Source: Geosiphon pyriformis uo1
Lineage: Eukaryota > Fungi > Glomeromycota
Assembly: GCA_016748015.1 (NCBI GenBank)
Contig: JAAOMT010000512.1
Coordinates: 359,806-423,805 of the forward strand
Length of the DNA: 64,000 nucleotides
Direction: 5' to 3'
The notes under the pieces were generated by a model. It had not been told where the DNA came from. It did no database searches and worked only from the letters and a program-made list of their open reading frames with translations. Positions 1 to 11,283 of this stretch are shown here, piece after piece. Each line of letters begins with the position of its first letter. Position 1 is the stretch's first letter. The position numbers and the translations under genes are program-made.

Positions 1-1826
1 TTCCGGCATTGTTAAATAACTGGGTTGAGTGTGGTAATGGTTGGGTCTTGGTTGAGTGGTATTTCGGGGAACCAATTAGTTGTTTGAACTGATTCTACTG
101 TTGTTTACTTGGTATCAGTTTTGTGGTATGAATTGATTTTGTGTAATCAGTCTTTGAGCAGTACTTGATAATGTTGGGTGGGTGGTTGTTGGTATTGCTG
201 TTGGATTGGTTGTGGAGCAGGCCGATAATAGTTATTTTGGTATTGGATCTTGGTGAATAGTAAGCTGGTGGTGATGGTTAATAATAAAATTGCTGTAGTG
301 GAGAGTAACATTGATTACCCCTATTTTGTTGGTCTCATTGCAGCTTTCTGCAATCTCTTTTCCAGTGGCCAGAGATTTCACAGTAATGGCAATTCTGGGG
401 CTGGTTATTGGAAAGTGGTGCAAAGTTATTTTGATTTTGTCTTTGGGGCGGTTGATATCTTTGGGGTTGTTGTTGTTGTTGGTTGGTAAAATAGTTTCGA
501 CCTTCTTTGTGAGTTGGTCAATTTTTTCCTCAGCTGCTGAGCTGGTTTCTTCAATTGCCAAATTTACAAGTTTTGTACGATTGGCTTCTTCCATGGCCAT
601 TTCGTATCTTTTTGCATGCTGTATGGCAGAGTTTAAATCTTCTGACACGTGTAGGCGAACCTTTTTAATTAGTTTATCTTTTAGACCAGCAATAAATTGA
701 TCCAAAATTCGAGCATCGGAATAATAATTGTTTGTCTCAAGTTGGCGAATCCATCTGAGAAGTTTGTTGAATTTCCCAATATAAGTCATAATGGATTTGG
801 AGGGTTCTTGTTTGATATTTCGAAAACGATTGCGAAGAGTGATAGAGGTATTATTGTCGGTGAACTGTTCAAGGAAGGCTGCTTTGAAAGCATTCCAATC
901 ATTGAATGGAGTGGCAAAGTTTTCAAACCATTCTCTTGCTGTTCCTTTAAGAAAGTAGGGAATTGTTCTTAACATTCTGGCAGCGTTCCATCTGTTTGTA
1001 TCTCCAGCTTTAGTAACTTGGTTGAGCCATTCTTGGGGACTGGTCTCAATATCTTCTCCATTGAATTCAGGGATTTTTGCAATGTATGTTGTTATTTCAT
1101 CTTCTTCATTTTCACTGTCTATTGATTCTTCTTCGGTTATTTCAGAGTTGTTTTCTTCGTTTGCTACTGTCTCAGAGTGTTCACTTTGATTTTCAGCTAG
1201 AAAATCAAGGAGATTAGAACTAGTTTGAAGGGGTTCTTGTTGTCTGGTGGGACTTCTAAGTGATGTAAAATTTTCTGGTCTTGCAAATCGATTCAAGGGT
1301 GAATTAAGTGTTTGTGCTTGTGCAAGTAAAGCTGAAAAAGGTGTGATAGTAAGTGGAAGTTTTGAACTGGTTCTTTGTTCAGGTGTTTGTAAATGTTTGG
1401 CAGTTGTTTTTGGTAGTGTTGGAGTATTTGGGATGGTTCTTGAATATTGCTTTAATTTGTTTTTGCCTTTGTTGCTTGTTTCTGTTTCCGATTCAAAGTC
1501 AATAGTGTATTGAGCATTTGGAGGATATTTTTCTTCGCAGAATCAAATGATATTATAATCGAGTTCCTCAAAATAAGTAGCAAGTGTTTCAGCACTAATG
1601 TTTTCTGATTCAACTGTAAATAGTGTACTAAATTATTGTAAAGATTGCTTCTAACTTCTGAAATGTTATAGTTCCCAAAAAAATAATTGTTGATGCAATT
1701 TTTAATGTATTGGTATACTGTTTTCTTGAAAGCTATAATTCCGTCATGTATTTCAAATTGTTGTTTGCAGTGTGTGTAAATCAATTGATAGTACTCTAAG
1801 GTTGTGATGTCTGAGGTGGTTGCCAC
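1..1826 (-). pseudogene. gag: gag (capsid + CCHC zinc knuckle) of copy A, disrupted, partial
   Basis: GTG start at 1826; retrotransposon gag motifs (PEFNG, WL, FLKGTAREWF, LDQFIAGL); stops and a frameshift near 490. Confidence 0.9.
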
Positions 1827-1868
1827 TTTGAATTTGTTGCTGTGTTATTTCTGTGAAAGAGCACCAAA

Positions 1869-2848
1869 TGTTACCGGAGGTTTTTGGTCTCTTTTCTGTA
1901 ATGTTGTTGATACTTATTTGCTGTGAATTCACGTTTTCTGGATGTGGTTGAACCTCCAATAACTGAATTTATCTTCAAATTATCTCCTATAATTTGAACT
2001 TGCTGGGCTTATGTGTAGAATGGCCAATTTTGTGCCAGTTGCTTTATGTAGTTACGTTGTAGTAAATGTCAACTCTTTCCCAAGAATTGCTCGTTTAGAA
2101 GCTCACTAAAAATGTGTAGTTACTTTGCTGTGAAAGTCAACTCTTCTACAGGAATCTCGTCTGTAGCCTACCTTAATGATTGTAATAAGAAAAGAAAAGA
2201 AAAATAAAAGAAGTGTAAAAGAAATAGAATTTTATCAAGGGAAACGTTTTCTATCCAGGCCTGGAGTCACTAACAGTTTATTGAAATTGGTAGCTAATCA
2301 ATTTCGAAATGTTAGTTGGTTTTTGGGGATTTTCCAAGGGCAATAATTAAAGAATTTGGTTTTTCAAATTATTTGGTATTTATTTCTTTTTGTATGTGTA
2401 GAAATGGTTCTAAGTAATAAATCTAAAGTAAGATACATTTTCTCGAAGAGAGAAGCTTTTCTTTTATACAACTTGTTGTAACACTATTCTATGAACTTGA
2501 ACTTTGCTATTTTCTACAATTTCGCTGAACTAAAGATACATTTTGGCAAACTACAAGTTATTTCGGCGAACTATTAGATATTTTGGTAAACTATCAATTA
2601 TTTTGGCAAATTTCTACAAATTTCGGTAAACTTTTGAATGTTACATAGTTTGGGGTATTGCATGATTGATCATCGCAATTAGGTTATATTTGTGTTGTGT
2701 ATAATTTGGGGTATTAATTAAATGATAATTTCGGACATTTTTGCTAATGTAATAAGTGATCATTTGAAACAATAATATATGCTAATTAATGATAGGAATT
2801 ATAAAATAATTTCATGCTAAATAATATCTCTAATTTTGTCTAGTAACA
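1869..2848 (-). repeat. 5' LTR of Gypsy copy A (980 bp)
   Basis: Reverse complement aligns with the LTRs at 9365-10316 and 27921-28872; TG..CA termini with 6-bp inverted repeats. Confidence 0.95.
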
Positions 2849-3442
2849 GTGTGAATATAAGTTGAATTTTTACTTTATTTTTAAATGTGGTCATGCTGAA
2901 TCTTAGGCTGGTCTCTCTTCTTTTTTTGCTGCAAGTGCTTTTGTTGATGATACTATATGAGTTGGCAGCTGTCAAAGTGCTATACAGCATATTTTTAATG
3001 TTGCTAGTAAATTTTTTAACATCAATGACATTTCAATTAATAATGACAAGACTGTGACCATTCCCATCAATTGCAAAGTTACAAATCCCTCTCTGTTAAT
3101 CAGCAGATTACCTATTTCTGTTGCCAAGAAAAAGGAATTACATTGCTATCTAGAACTCTTTTTGTTCACTGAGGGTCTTTCAAAGCCTAGCTTGGCTAAG
3201 ACAAATTCTGATGTCTGGTTTTTTGCTAATCTAGTTCTGAAAAAGACAGTTTTCAATAAACAGTTTTCATATTTGGTTTTGGTGGTCTTCCATCCTATCA
3301 TTGGCTATAGAATGCAATTCAGTTACATTCCTATTAGTGTATGTAATAAGTGGGACACTTTAATTTATAAGGGCTTGAAGTTTAAGTCTGGTTTACCACA
3401 TAATTTCTCCAATGATGCAATTCATTATTCTTTCTTGTATGG
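2849..3442 (+). mobile_element. Non-LTR retrotransposon (LINE) fragment, RT region; upstream part of the LINE that resumes at 28873
   Basis: Translates to ...SSFFAASAFVDDTI*VGSCQSAIQHIF...INNDKT...NDAIHYSFLYG (RT FVDD motif); the frame continues as LKTFEQIQAESKLA right after the LTR ending at 28872. Confidence 0.9.
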
Positions 3443-4433
3443 TGTTACCAGTAGAATTTTAGCTATTAATTAGCATGAAATTACCCTTATAATTTCTATA
3501 ATTAATTAATATATTAATATTATTTCAAATTATCATTTATTATTTAATCAATTATCACATATCACAATTCAATCAAAATAATCTAATTAGTATAACAGAA
3601 AGTAGAATGATCAAATTACACAATACTTTGAACTTTGTAATATTCAAAAATTCGCCAAAATTTACAGAAATTCACCAAAATTTATAAGAAATTCGCCGAA
3701 ATTATGAATATTTCACCCAAATTAATCAATAGTTCAGCGAAATAACTTGTAGTTCATCAAAATGTATCTTTAATTCACCAAAATTTGAACAAAGAGAAAA
3801 AGTACAAGTTCATAGACTAGTACTACAACAAGTTGTATAAAAGAAGAACTTTTCTCTTCAAGAAAATGTATTTTACTTAGATTTATCACTTAGAACCATT
3901 CCTATACACACAAAAAGAAATAAATATCAAATAATTCGAAAAACCAAATTTTTTAATTATTGCACTTGGAAAATTCCCAAAACCCAACTAACGTTTTGAA
4001 ATTGATTAGCTACCAATTTCAGTAAACTGTTAGTAACTTCAGGCCTGAATAAAAAATGCTTTCCTTGATAAAATCCTATTTCTTTTACATTTCTTTTATT
4101 TTTCTTTTATTTTCTTATTACAATCATTAGAGTAGTCTACAGACAAGATTCTTGTAGAAGAGTTGACTTTCACAGCAAAGTAACTACACATTTTTAGTGA
4201 GCTTCCAGATGAGCAATTCCTGGGAAAGAGTTGATGTTTACTACAACATAACTACATAAAGTAACTGGCAAGGAATTGGTCATTCCACTTATAAGCCCAG
4301 CAGTTCAAATTATAAGAGATAATTTGAAAATAAATTCAGTTACTGGAGGTTCAACTACTTCCTGAGAATGTGAATTCACAGCAAATCAACATTATTAACA
4401 TTTAAGAAAAGAGACCAAAAACCTTCGGTAACA
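3443..4433 (+). repeat. 5' LTR of Gypsy copy B (991 bp)
   Basis: TGTTAC...GTAACA termini; 3' two thirds align with the A/C LTRs, U3 start is divergent. Confidence 0.95.
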
Positions 4434-4435
4434 TT

Positions 4436-4453
4436 TGGTGCTCTTTCATAGAA
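4436..4453 (+). promoter_or_regulatory. Primer binding site of copy B (TGGTGCTCTTTCATAGAA)
   Basis: TGG begins 2 nt after the LTR; same motif in A and C; complementary to a tRNA ending ...GAGAGCACCA. Confidence 0.85.
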
Positions 4454-4478
4454 ATAACACAGCAACAACAAATTCAAA

Positions 4479-7400
4479 ATGGCAACCACACCAAACACAG
4501 CAACTCTAGAGTATTACCAGTCAATTTACACCCACTGCAAGCAAAGATTTAACATTCCAAACGGAATTGAAGTTGTCAAAAAATCAGTATACCAATACAT
4601 TGAAAACTGCATCAACAATTATCTTTTTGGAAACTACAACATTTCAAAAGTTAGAAGCAACCTCTACAATAATTTAGTGCACTATTCACAATTGGGAACA
4701 AAAGACCTGAACAGTGAAACACTTGCTACCTACTTCCAAGAACTTAATTTTAACATTATTGAGTATTGTGAAGAAAAATACCCAGTACAGTCTAAATACT
4801 CTTTTGACTTTGAATTAGAGACAGAAACAAGCAACAAAGGCAAACAAAGATTGAAGCAATACTCAAGAACCACTCCAAACACTTCAGCACTACAAAAGAC
4901 ACCTGCCAAACACTTGCAAACACCTGAACAAAGAACTAATATCAAATTACCACTTTCTATTACACCATTTCTAATTTCACTTGTTCAACCACAAACACCA
5001 AATTCACTACTCAACCACTTCTTCAGACCAGAAAATTTTCAGTCATCTGGAAACCCTACTCAACAGCAGGAACCAATATCAACAAGTGCCAATATTATTG
5101 ATTACTTACAGGAAAACTAAAGTAATTATTTAGAAAGCTTGAAAAGTGAAGAAACTGAATCAGAACCAGAAGAAATTACAGAAAATGAAAAAAAAATGGC
5201 AACTGCTTACATTGCAAAAATCCCAGAATTCACTAGTAAAAACAATGATACCAGTCCTCAAGAATGGCTTGACAAAGTTCAAAAAGCAGGATATGCAAAT
5301 GGTTGGATCGCAGCAAAAATGCTTAAAGCAATTCCCTATTTTTTCTAAAAAACAGCAAAAGAATGGTTTGAAAATTTAGAAGAACCATTTGAAAACTGGC
5401 AAGCATTCAAAGATGCTTTTCTACAACAATTTACCGACAACAATACCTTTATTACTCTCAGAAACCGCTTTCACAATATCAAACAAGAAACATCTAAAAC
5501 TGTTATGACCTATCTTGAAAGATTTAACAAACTTCTCAAACAAATTTGACAATTGGAAACCAATGACTACTATTCTAATGCTCAAATTCTGGATCAGTTT
5601 ATAACAGGATTAAATGACAAACTGATTAAGAAAGTCTGTCCACATGCTCCAGCAGACTTAGCAACTGCTATTAGACATGCAAAGAGCTATGAAATGGCAA
5701 TGAAAGAAGCAAATCACACCAAGCTTGTAAACTTTGCAATTGGAGAAACCAGCTCAGCAGCTGAAAAAAAGATAGACCAACTCACAAAAAAAGTTGAAAG
5801 CTACTTCACAAACCAACAACAACAGCAACAACAACCACAAAGATATCAACCCCCACAACAATGCAACCAAAACAATTTTAGATCACCATCCAACAACCAA
5901 TCTCAAAATTGTCATTATTGTGGAATTCCAGGACACTGAAAACGAGATTGTAAGAAATTACAAAGAGACCAACAAAACAGAAGTAATTAATTTTACTCTT
6001 TACTACAACAATCCTATTACCAATTTCCACCACCAACCTATTATTCACCAAGACCACAAAATCAAAACAGTTACTATCCACCAGCTCCACAACCAATGCA
6101 GCAACAATATCAACAACCTTTACCAATTCAGCCATATCAGACACCACCCACTCAACAATATTAAGTACCAGCAAGAAGATTGGTTCAACATAACCAATTC
6201 ACACCCCAAAATCAATTGCAGAGTAACCACAACAGAATCAATCCAAATAACCAGTTGGTTCCTCGAAATTCTGGTCAGCAAAGACCCAATCACTATCACA
6301 CTCAACCCAGTTATCTTACAATACCAGAGAAATCGGATTTTCAACAAACTGCACTTTCTGAAGGTAAAATTGCAGCACCAAGTTCAAACCCTTCCAACCA
6401 CACCATTCTACCAGCTTAAATTGCCCAAAATGCCAATCTGTCAGATATATTTCCATTTGAATTTGAAGCAAATAAATCACCATTTCTGCTTAGTAATGCA
6501 GCAGTCAATGAACAGAAAGCAATTATTGCTATATACACAGAAGCTACAGTAGAAGAAAAACCCATTCACTTAATCTTAGATAGTAGATTGGCTGGAAGTA
6601 TCATCACTTACCAGCTGATGCAACAACTCAAACAAAATGTAGACAGACCAGCTCAAACAGTTATTGTCACAGCTGATGGTATGAAGAAGACTCCAGTAGA
6701 AAAAATTGATGATTTCCCCTTTACAATTAATGAAATCACCATTCCAGTTAAAGTTCTTGTTATGAATGCACCCCAATATCAAGCTCTAGTTGGAAATAAT
6801 TGGCTTCTCAAGGCCAATGCAAACCTGAACTGGGAAACTCAAGAACTTAAAATCTTATACCAAAGACAATATGCCATAGTACCTGCAACCTGTGGTACTT
6901 TTAACAAACAATCAGAAAAAGCTCCAGTATTTGAATTTGAAGAAGAGAAAGAAATACCACTTACTGAAACCTACATGGCTCTTGGATCACCATTCAATTG
7001 GGCTGAGTAAACAGAACAAAAGATTTTTGAAGAATCAAGGGAATGAAAGAAAGTTAGATATTCCACACCAAAACCATGAAAAAAACCACCATACATTCCA
7101 CTAAAATGCAAAGATTGCAAAAAGAAGCTTTTATCTATGGGAGCCTGTATCTCTCCAGAAGAGAAATACGAAACTTGCACTTGTTACTTCTGCAAAGCAT
7201 GCCATAGAGAACAATTTGGATCCCCAAAGAAAAATGGAAAATGGAACAAAACTCCTTGCCTCACATGTGGAGAAATGCTACCAAAAGAATGCAATTGAAT
7301 TGATATAACAATAAGAAAAGAAGTATGTGATCAAACTTGTTAATACACTCTATCAATTTCGGAAAAAGTCAGAAGAGGAACACTCTTTAATGCAGCATAC

Positions 7401-9364
7401 AACAGTACTCTCAATAAACTTTACCACTACTCTCATGATGCTGAAATAATTTTTGACCTAGCAATGGCATTGATCAATAGAGCCACCCAAGAAGATGTCT
7501 GCCAAATGAAAAAAGCTGAATATATTGAGTATACCATGGAATTAGCTGGATTTGATTATAAAGATGAAGTAGAAACCTACCACCAAATTGCAAGCCACAC
7601 ATATCCAACCAAAGAAGCTCAAATTCAATGATTAAAGCAAATGAACATTCAATTATGTGAAGAATGTGTTATGCCTTGTGATGACCAATGGTGTTTAGAA
7701 TGTTATGCTTTTAGCATTCTTCTGCCAGATGAGAATGATGAAAATGAAATCGAATTTGGAGTATCTGAACTAGTAGAAGAACTACCAACTGCCCTTATCT
7801 ATCTTCTTAAAAAGCAACTATCTCTACAACTTAAATATTTTGACAACCATGGCCAAGAAATCAGACCAAAAAAAGCACACGAAATTGATGCTGGATATGA
7901 CCTAAGATACCCAGGAAAAAATACTTTAGTTCTCCAACCAAAGTCCTTGACAAAAATCAATCTCAAAATTGCTCTTGAAATTCTACCAGAAGCAATGATT
8001 CAAATTGCCTCCAGATTATCATTGACAAGCAAAGGAATCAATATTAGAGGAGGAGTTATAGATGCAGGATACACTGGAGACATTACTATCATGTTACAGA
8101 ACAAGACAAACAAACCATTCAAAATTGAACATGCTGAAAAAATTGCTCAAGCAATTTACTTACCCTTAATTAACATTTCGAAATTACAATTAGTAAACAA
8201 CAGAGAACAATTGAGAAAAAGTGAAAGAGAAACTCAAGGTTTTGGTTCAACTGGACGATTTACAGTTCCAGTAAACATAGCTCTTAATACACAAAATGAA
8301 TCTTACCAGATTTTTCAACTTCCCCAGCCAATTACCATTTCATCTTTTGAAAAACATCACGAAATTTATACTTGCTCAAAACCCACCACCACACAACAAA
8401 TCTTTGAATTCAATGAACAAATCTGTTTGAAACATGAAATCTTAATTCCAAACATTTATATTCCCAAAGGAATGAGAAAATTTCGAGTTACATTCTACAA
8501 TCCCAATAATTACCCTATTGTTTTATTAAACAAATTAGAGATTGGAATCATACACAGCAATATTTTTCAAGATGAAAACCCTCAAATTGTCTCTAATTTC
8601 ATCGAAATTGTAAGACACACTCTACTCTCAAATCCAAATATCATTCTTATTACTGAAAACTACTACTTTTTGGAAAAAAAACTCTCTCGAATCAACATAG
8701 GTCCCTTAAAACCTCAACAACAAAGACAATTGAAACAATTGATAGCTGAATTTGCAGATATATTTGCAAAAAACAACAATGACTTGGGGAAAACAGACAT
8801 TGTTCAACATCAGATCCATACAGGAAATGCTCCACCAAAACGTCAACAAACCTATTCAGTGCCACCTGCCAGCCACCAATTCATCAGAGAAGAGGTCCAA
8901 AGAATGCTCAATAATGGATTAATTCAACCATTAAGAAGTCCTTGGGCCTTACCAGTAGTTTTAGTTAAAAAAAAAATGGAAAAATCAGATTCTGTGTTGA
9001 TTATAGACAACTAAATAGTGTTACAATTGGAGATGCCTACTTTCTTCCAAGAATTGATGACATGCTAGATGCTCTAGGAAAAGCCAAGTTCTTCTCAACT
9101 TTAGACTTGGAAAGTAAATATTGGCAAGTCGAAATGGACCCAAAAGACCGACCCAAAACAGCATTCACCACCCAAGGAGAAAACTATAAGTTCAATGTTA
9201 TGCCTTTTAAATTCTGCAATGCACCAGCAACATTCCAATGACTTATGGATGTTGTATATGAAAGACTCTTATGGCAATTAGTAGTTGTTTACCTTGATAA
9301 CACTAATGTGTACTCACCAAGCTTTAAAGCCCATCTTATTTATCTGTGAGAAGTTTTTCAACGA
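4479..9364 (+). pseudogene. gag-pol: Gag-PR-Cys-rich-dUTPase-RT polyprotein of copy B, disrupted and truncated
   Basis: ORF pieces at 4479, 5139, 5553, 6180, 6588 and 7641 are all in one frame; CHYCGIPGH knuckle; dUTPase DAGYDL/GGVIDAGYTG/KIAQAI/QGFGSTG; RT SPWA.PVVLV, STLDLES.YWQV, KTAFTT; 1-nt deletion in the A-run near 8970. Confidence 0.92.
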
Positions 9365-10316
9365 TGTTACCAGACAAAATTGGAGATATTATTTAGCATA
9401 AAATTATCTTATAATTTCTATCATTAATTAGCATATTATTATTTCAAAATTATCACTTATTACATTAGCAAAAATGTCCAAAATTATTATTTAATTAATA
9501 ACCCAAATTGTACACAACACAAATGTAACCTAATTGTGATGATCAATCATGCAATACCCCGAACTATGTAACATTCAAAAGTTTGCCAAAATTTATAGAA
9601 ATTCACCAAAATATTTAATAGTTCACAGAAATAACTTGTAGTTTGCCGAAATGTATCTTTAGTTTAGCGAAATTGTAGAAAATAACAAAGTTCAAGTTCA
9701 TAGAATAGTGTTATGACAAGTTGTATAAAAGAAGAGCTTCTCTCTTTGAGAAAATGTATCTTACTTTAGATTTATCACTTAGAACCATTCCTATACACAC
9801 AAAAAGAAATAAATATCAAATAATTTGAAAAACCAAATTTTTAAATTATTGCACTTGGAAAATCCTCAAAACCCAACTAACGTTTTGAAATTGATTAGCT
9901 ACCAATTTCAGTAAATTGTTAGTGACTTCAGGCCTGGATAGAAAACGTTTCTCTTGACAAAATTCTATTTCTTTTACATTTCTTTTATTTTTTTTTTCTT
10001 ATTACAATTATTAGAGCAGCCTACAGATGAGATTTCTGTAGAAGAGTTGACTTTCACAGCAAAGTAACTACACATTTTAGTAAGCTTCCAGATGAGCAAT
10101 TCCTGGAAAAGAGTTGATGTTTACTACAACGTAACTACATAAAGTAACTGGCATGGAATTGGCCATTCCACTTATAAGTCCAGCAGTTCAAATTATAGAA
10201 GATAATTTGAAGATAAATTCAGTTACTAGAGGTTCAACCACATCCAGAAAACGTGAATTCACAGCAAACAAGCATTGACAATATTTAAGAAAAGAGACCA
10301 AAAACCTCTGGTAACA
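9365..10316 (+). repeat. 5' LTR of Gypsy copy C (952 bp)
   Basis: TGTTAC...GTAACA; colinear with 27921-28872; followed by TTTGGTGCTCTCC PBS. Confidence 0.95.
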
Positions 10317-10334
10317 TTTGGTGCTCTCCTATGG

Positions 10335-11201
10335 TGTTACGGTTTAAGAATTTAGCAAAAAGAATCATAAAAATAATACAAACTATTCAATCATAATATA
10401 GCACAGTAATAATCTTAGAAAGGTAATGATTAACATAGTAGCAAACACCATCTCGCGATAGTGGCAAGCACCAGTTCACAATAGCAGCCAACACCAACTG
10501 GTGATAGCAGCAAACACCAGGTTGAAATATCAAAAAGAAAGTATTTTCTTGTAGAACTACAAACATGTATATATACAGTAGTTTTAATATTGGGAAATAA
10601 TCAATCAAGTAATAAAAATCATAACTTATCAAGCAACAGATCCAATTTTATCCAACAAACTCCACTTTAAATCATACTTTCAAATTAAATATCCCAAGAA
10701 ACCTTTAAAAATCAAAAAGAAATGAAAAAGAATATTTAAAACGAAACTATCACAACCCAAAGTATTAAGAAACTTACTTGTATTATTTATTGAATGAAAC
10801 TATCATTCATCAACTGAATCCCTTGGAAGAATAATCCTTGATCAAGATTATTCACGTTGTTACTAATTGATAAAAGCTTTATTGTGAGAATTAGAAAAGT
10901 GCTAAAGACCATTAACATTCTGTGTTTCTAGATTAGAGAAACACATCAGGCAATTGCAAAAATAGCCTCAGAGAAGACCCCAGACAGTGGGTAGATTTCA
11001 GTTCAGCCTCTGAAAAGGAGTACATAAACCCACACAACAATCAAGAATTAAAGAATAACTTACATCACAACAGTAAAAAGAAAGCCTTCAGTGTAACAGT
11101 GACATTATCACACAAATAGAATTGAGGAACTCACGAAAGACTGATTGCAATTAAAGCGGGATATTAGCAATTAAATATAACAAGAAAACCATTCCGTAAC
11201 A
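10335..11201 (+). repeat. 5' LTR of Gypsy copy D (867 bp)
   Basis: TGTTACGG...CCGTAACA 8-bp inverted termini; direct repeat of 19192-20035. Confidence 0.97.
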
Positions 11202-11203
11202 TT

Positions 11204-11221
11204 TGGTGAACTCTACGAGGA
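11204..11221 (+). promoter_or_regulatory. Primer binding site of copy D (TGGTGAACTCTACGAGGA)
   Basis: TGG 2 nt after the LTR end; differs from the PBS of A/B/C. Confidence 0.8.
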
Positions 11222-11283
11222 AAGAAAATCAAAAAGGAAATAATAATTAGCAATAATTCATTGCTAAAAAGGAAAAGACAAAA

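Larger units (their letters stand above)
1..2848 (-). mobile_element. Ty3/Gypsy LTR retrotransposon copy A (5' LTR + PBS + gag; runs off the window start), same family as copy C
   Basis: Minus-strand LTR 2848..1869 with TGTTAC...GTAACA termini, PBS TGGTGCTCTTTC just inside, gag ORF pieces (1452-1826, 232-1296) near-identical to the gag of C (NRFARPE.FTSLRS, ILDQFIAGL, CHYC..GH knuckle). Confidence 0.95.
3443..9364 (+). mobile_element. Ty3/Gypsy copy B (5' LTR, gag-PR-Cys-rich-dUTPase-RT N-half), interrupted by copy C; its 3' half is missing
   Basis: LTR 3443-4433, PBS at 4436, one reading frame from 4479 broken by nonsense codons, PR LILDS(R)LAGS, dUTPase motifs, RT up to ...EVFQR at 9364 where a new LTR starts. 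Confidence 0.95.

Noticed and set aside
10435-10526. Repeat-plus-variable-spacer pattern resembling a mini CRISPR array
   Set aside because: Spacers are only 7 nt, the array sits in a eukaryotic LTR U3, and there are no cas genes.
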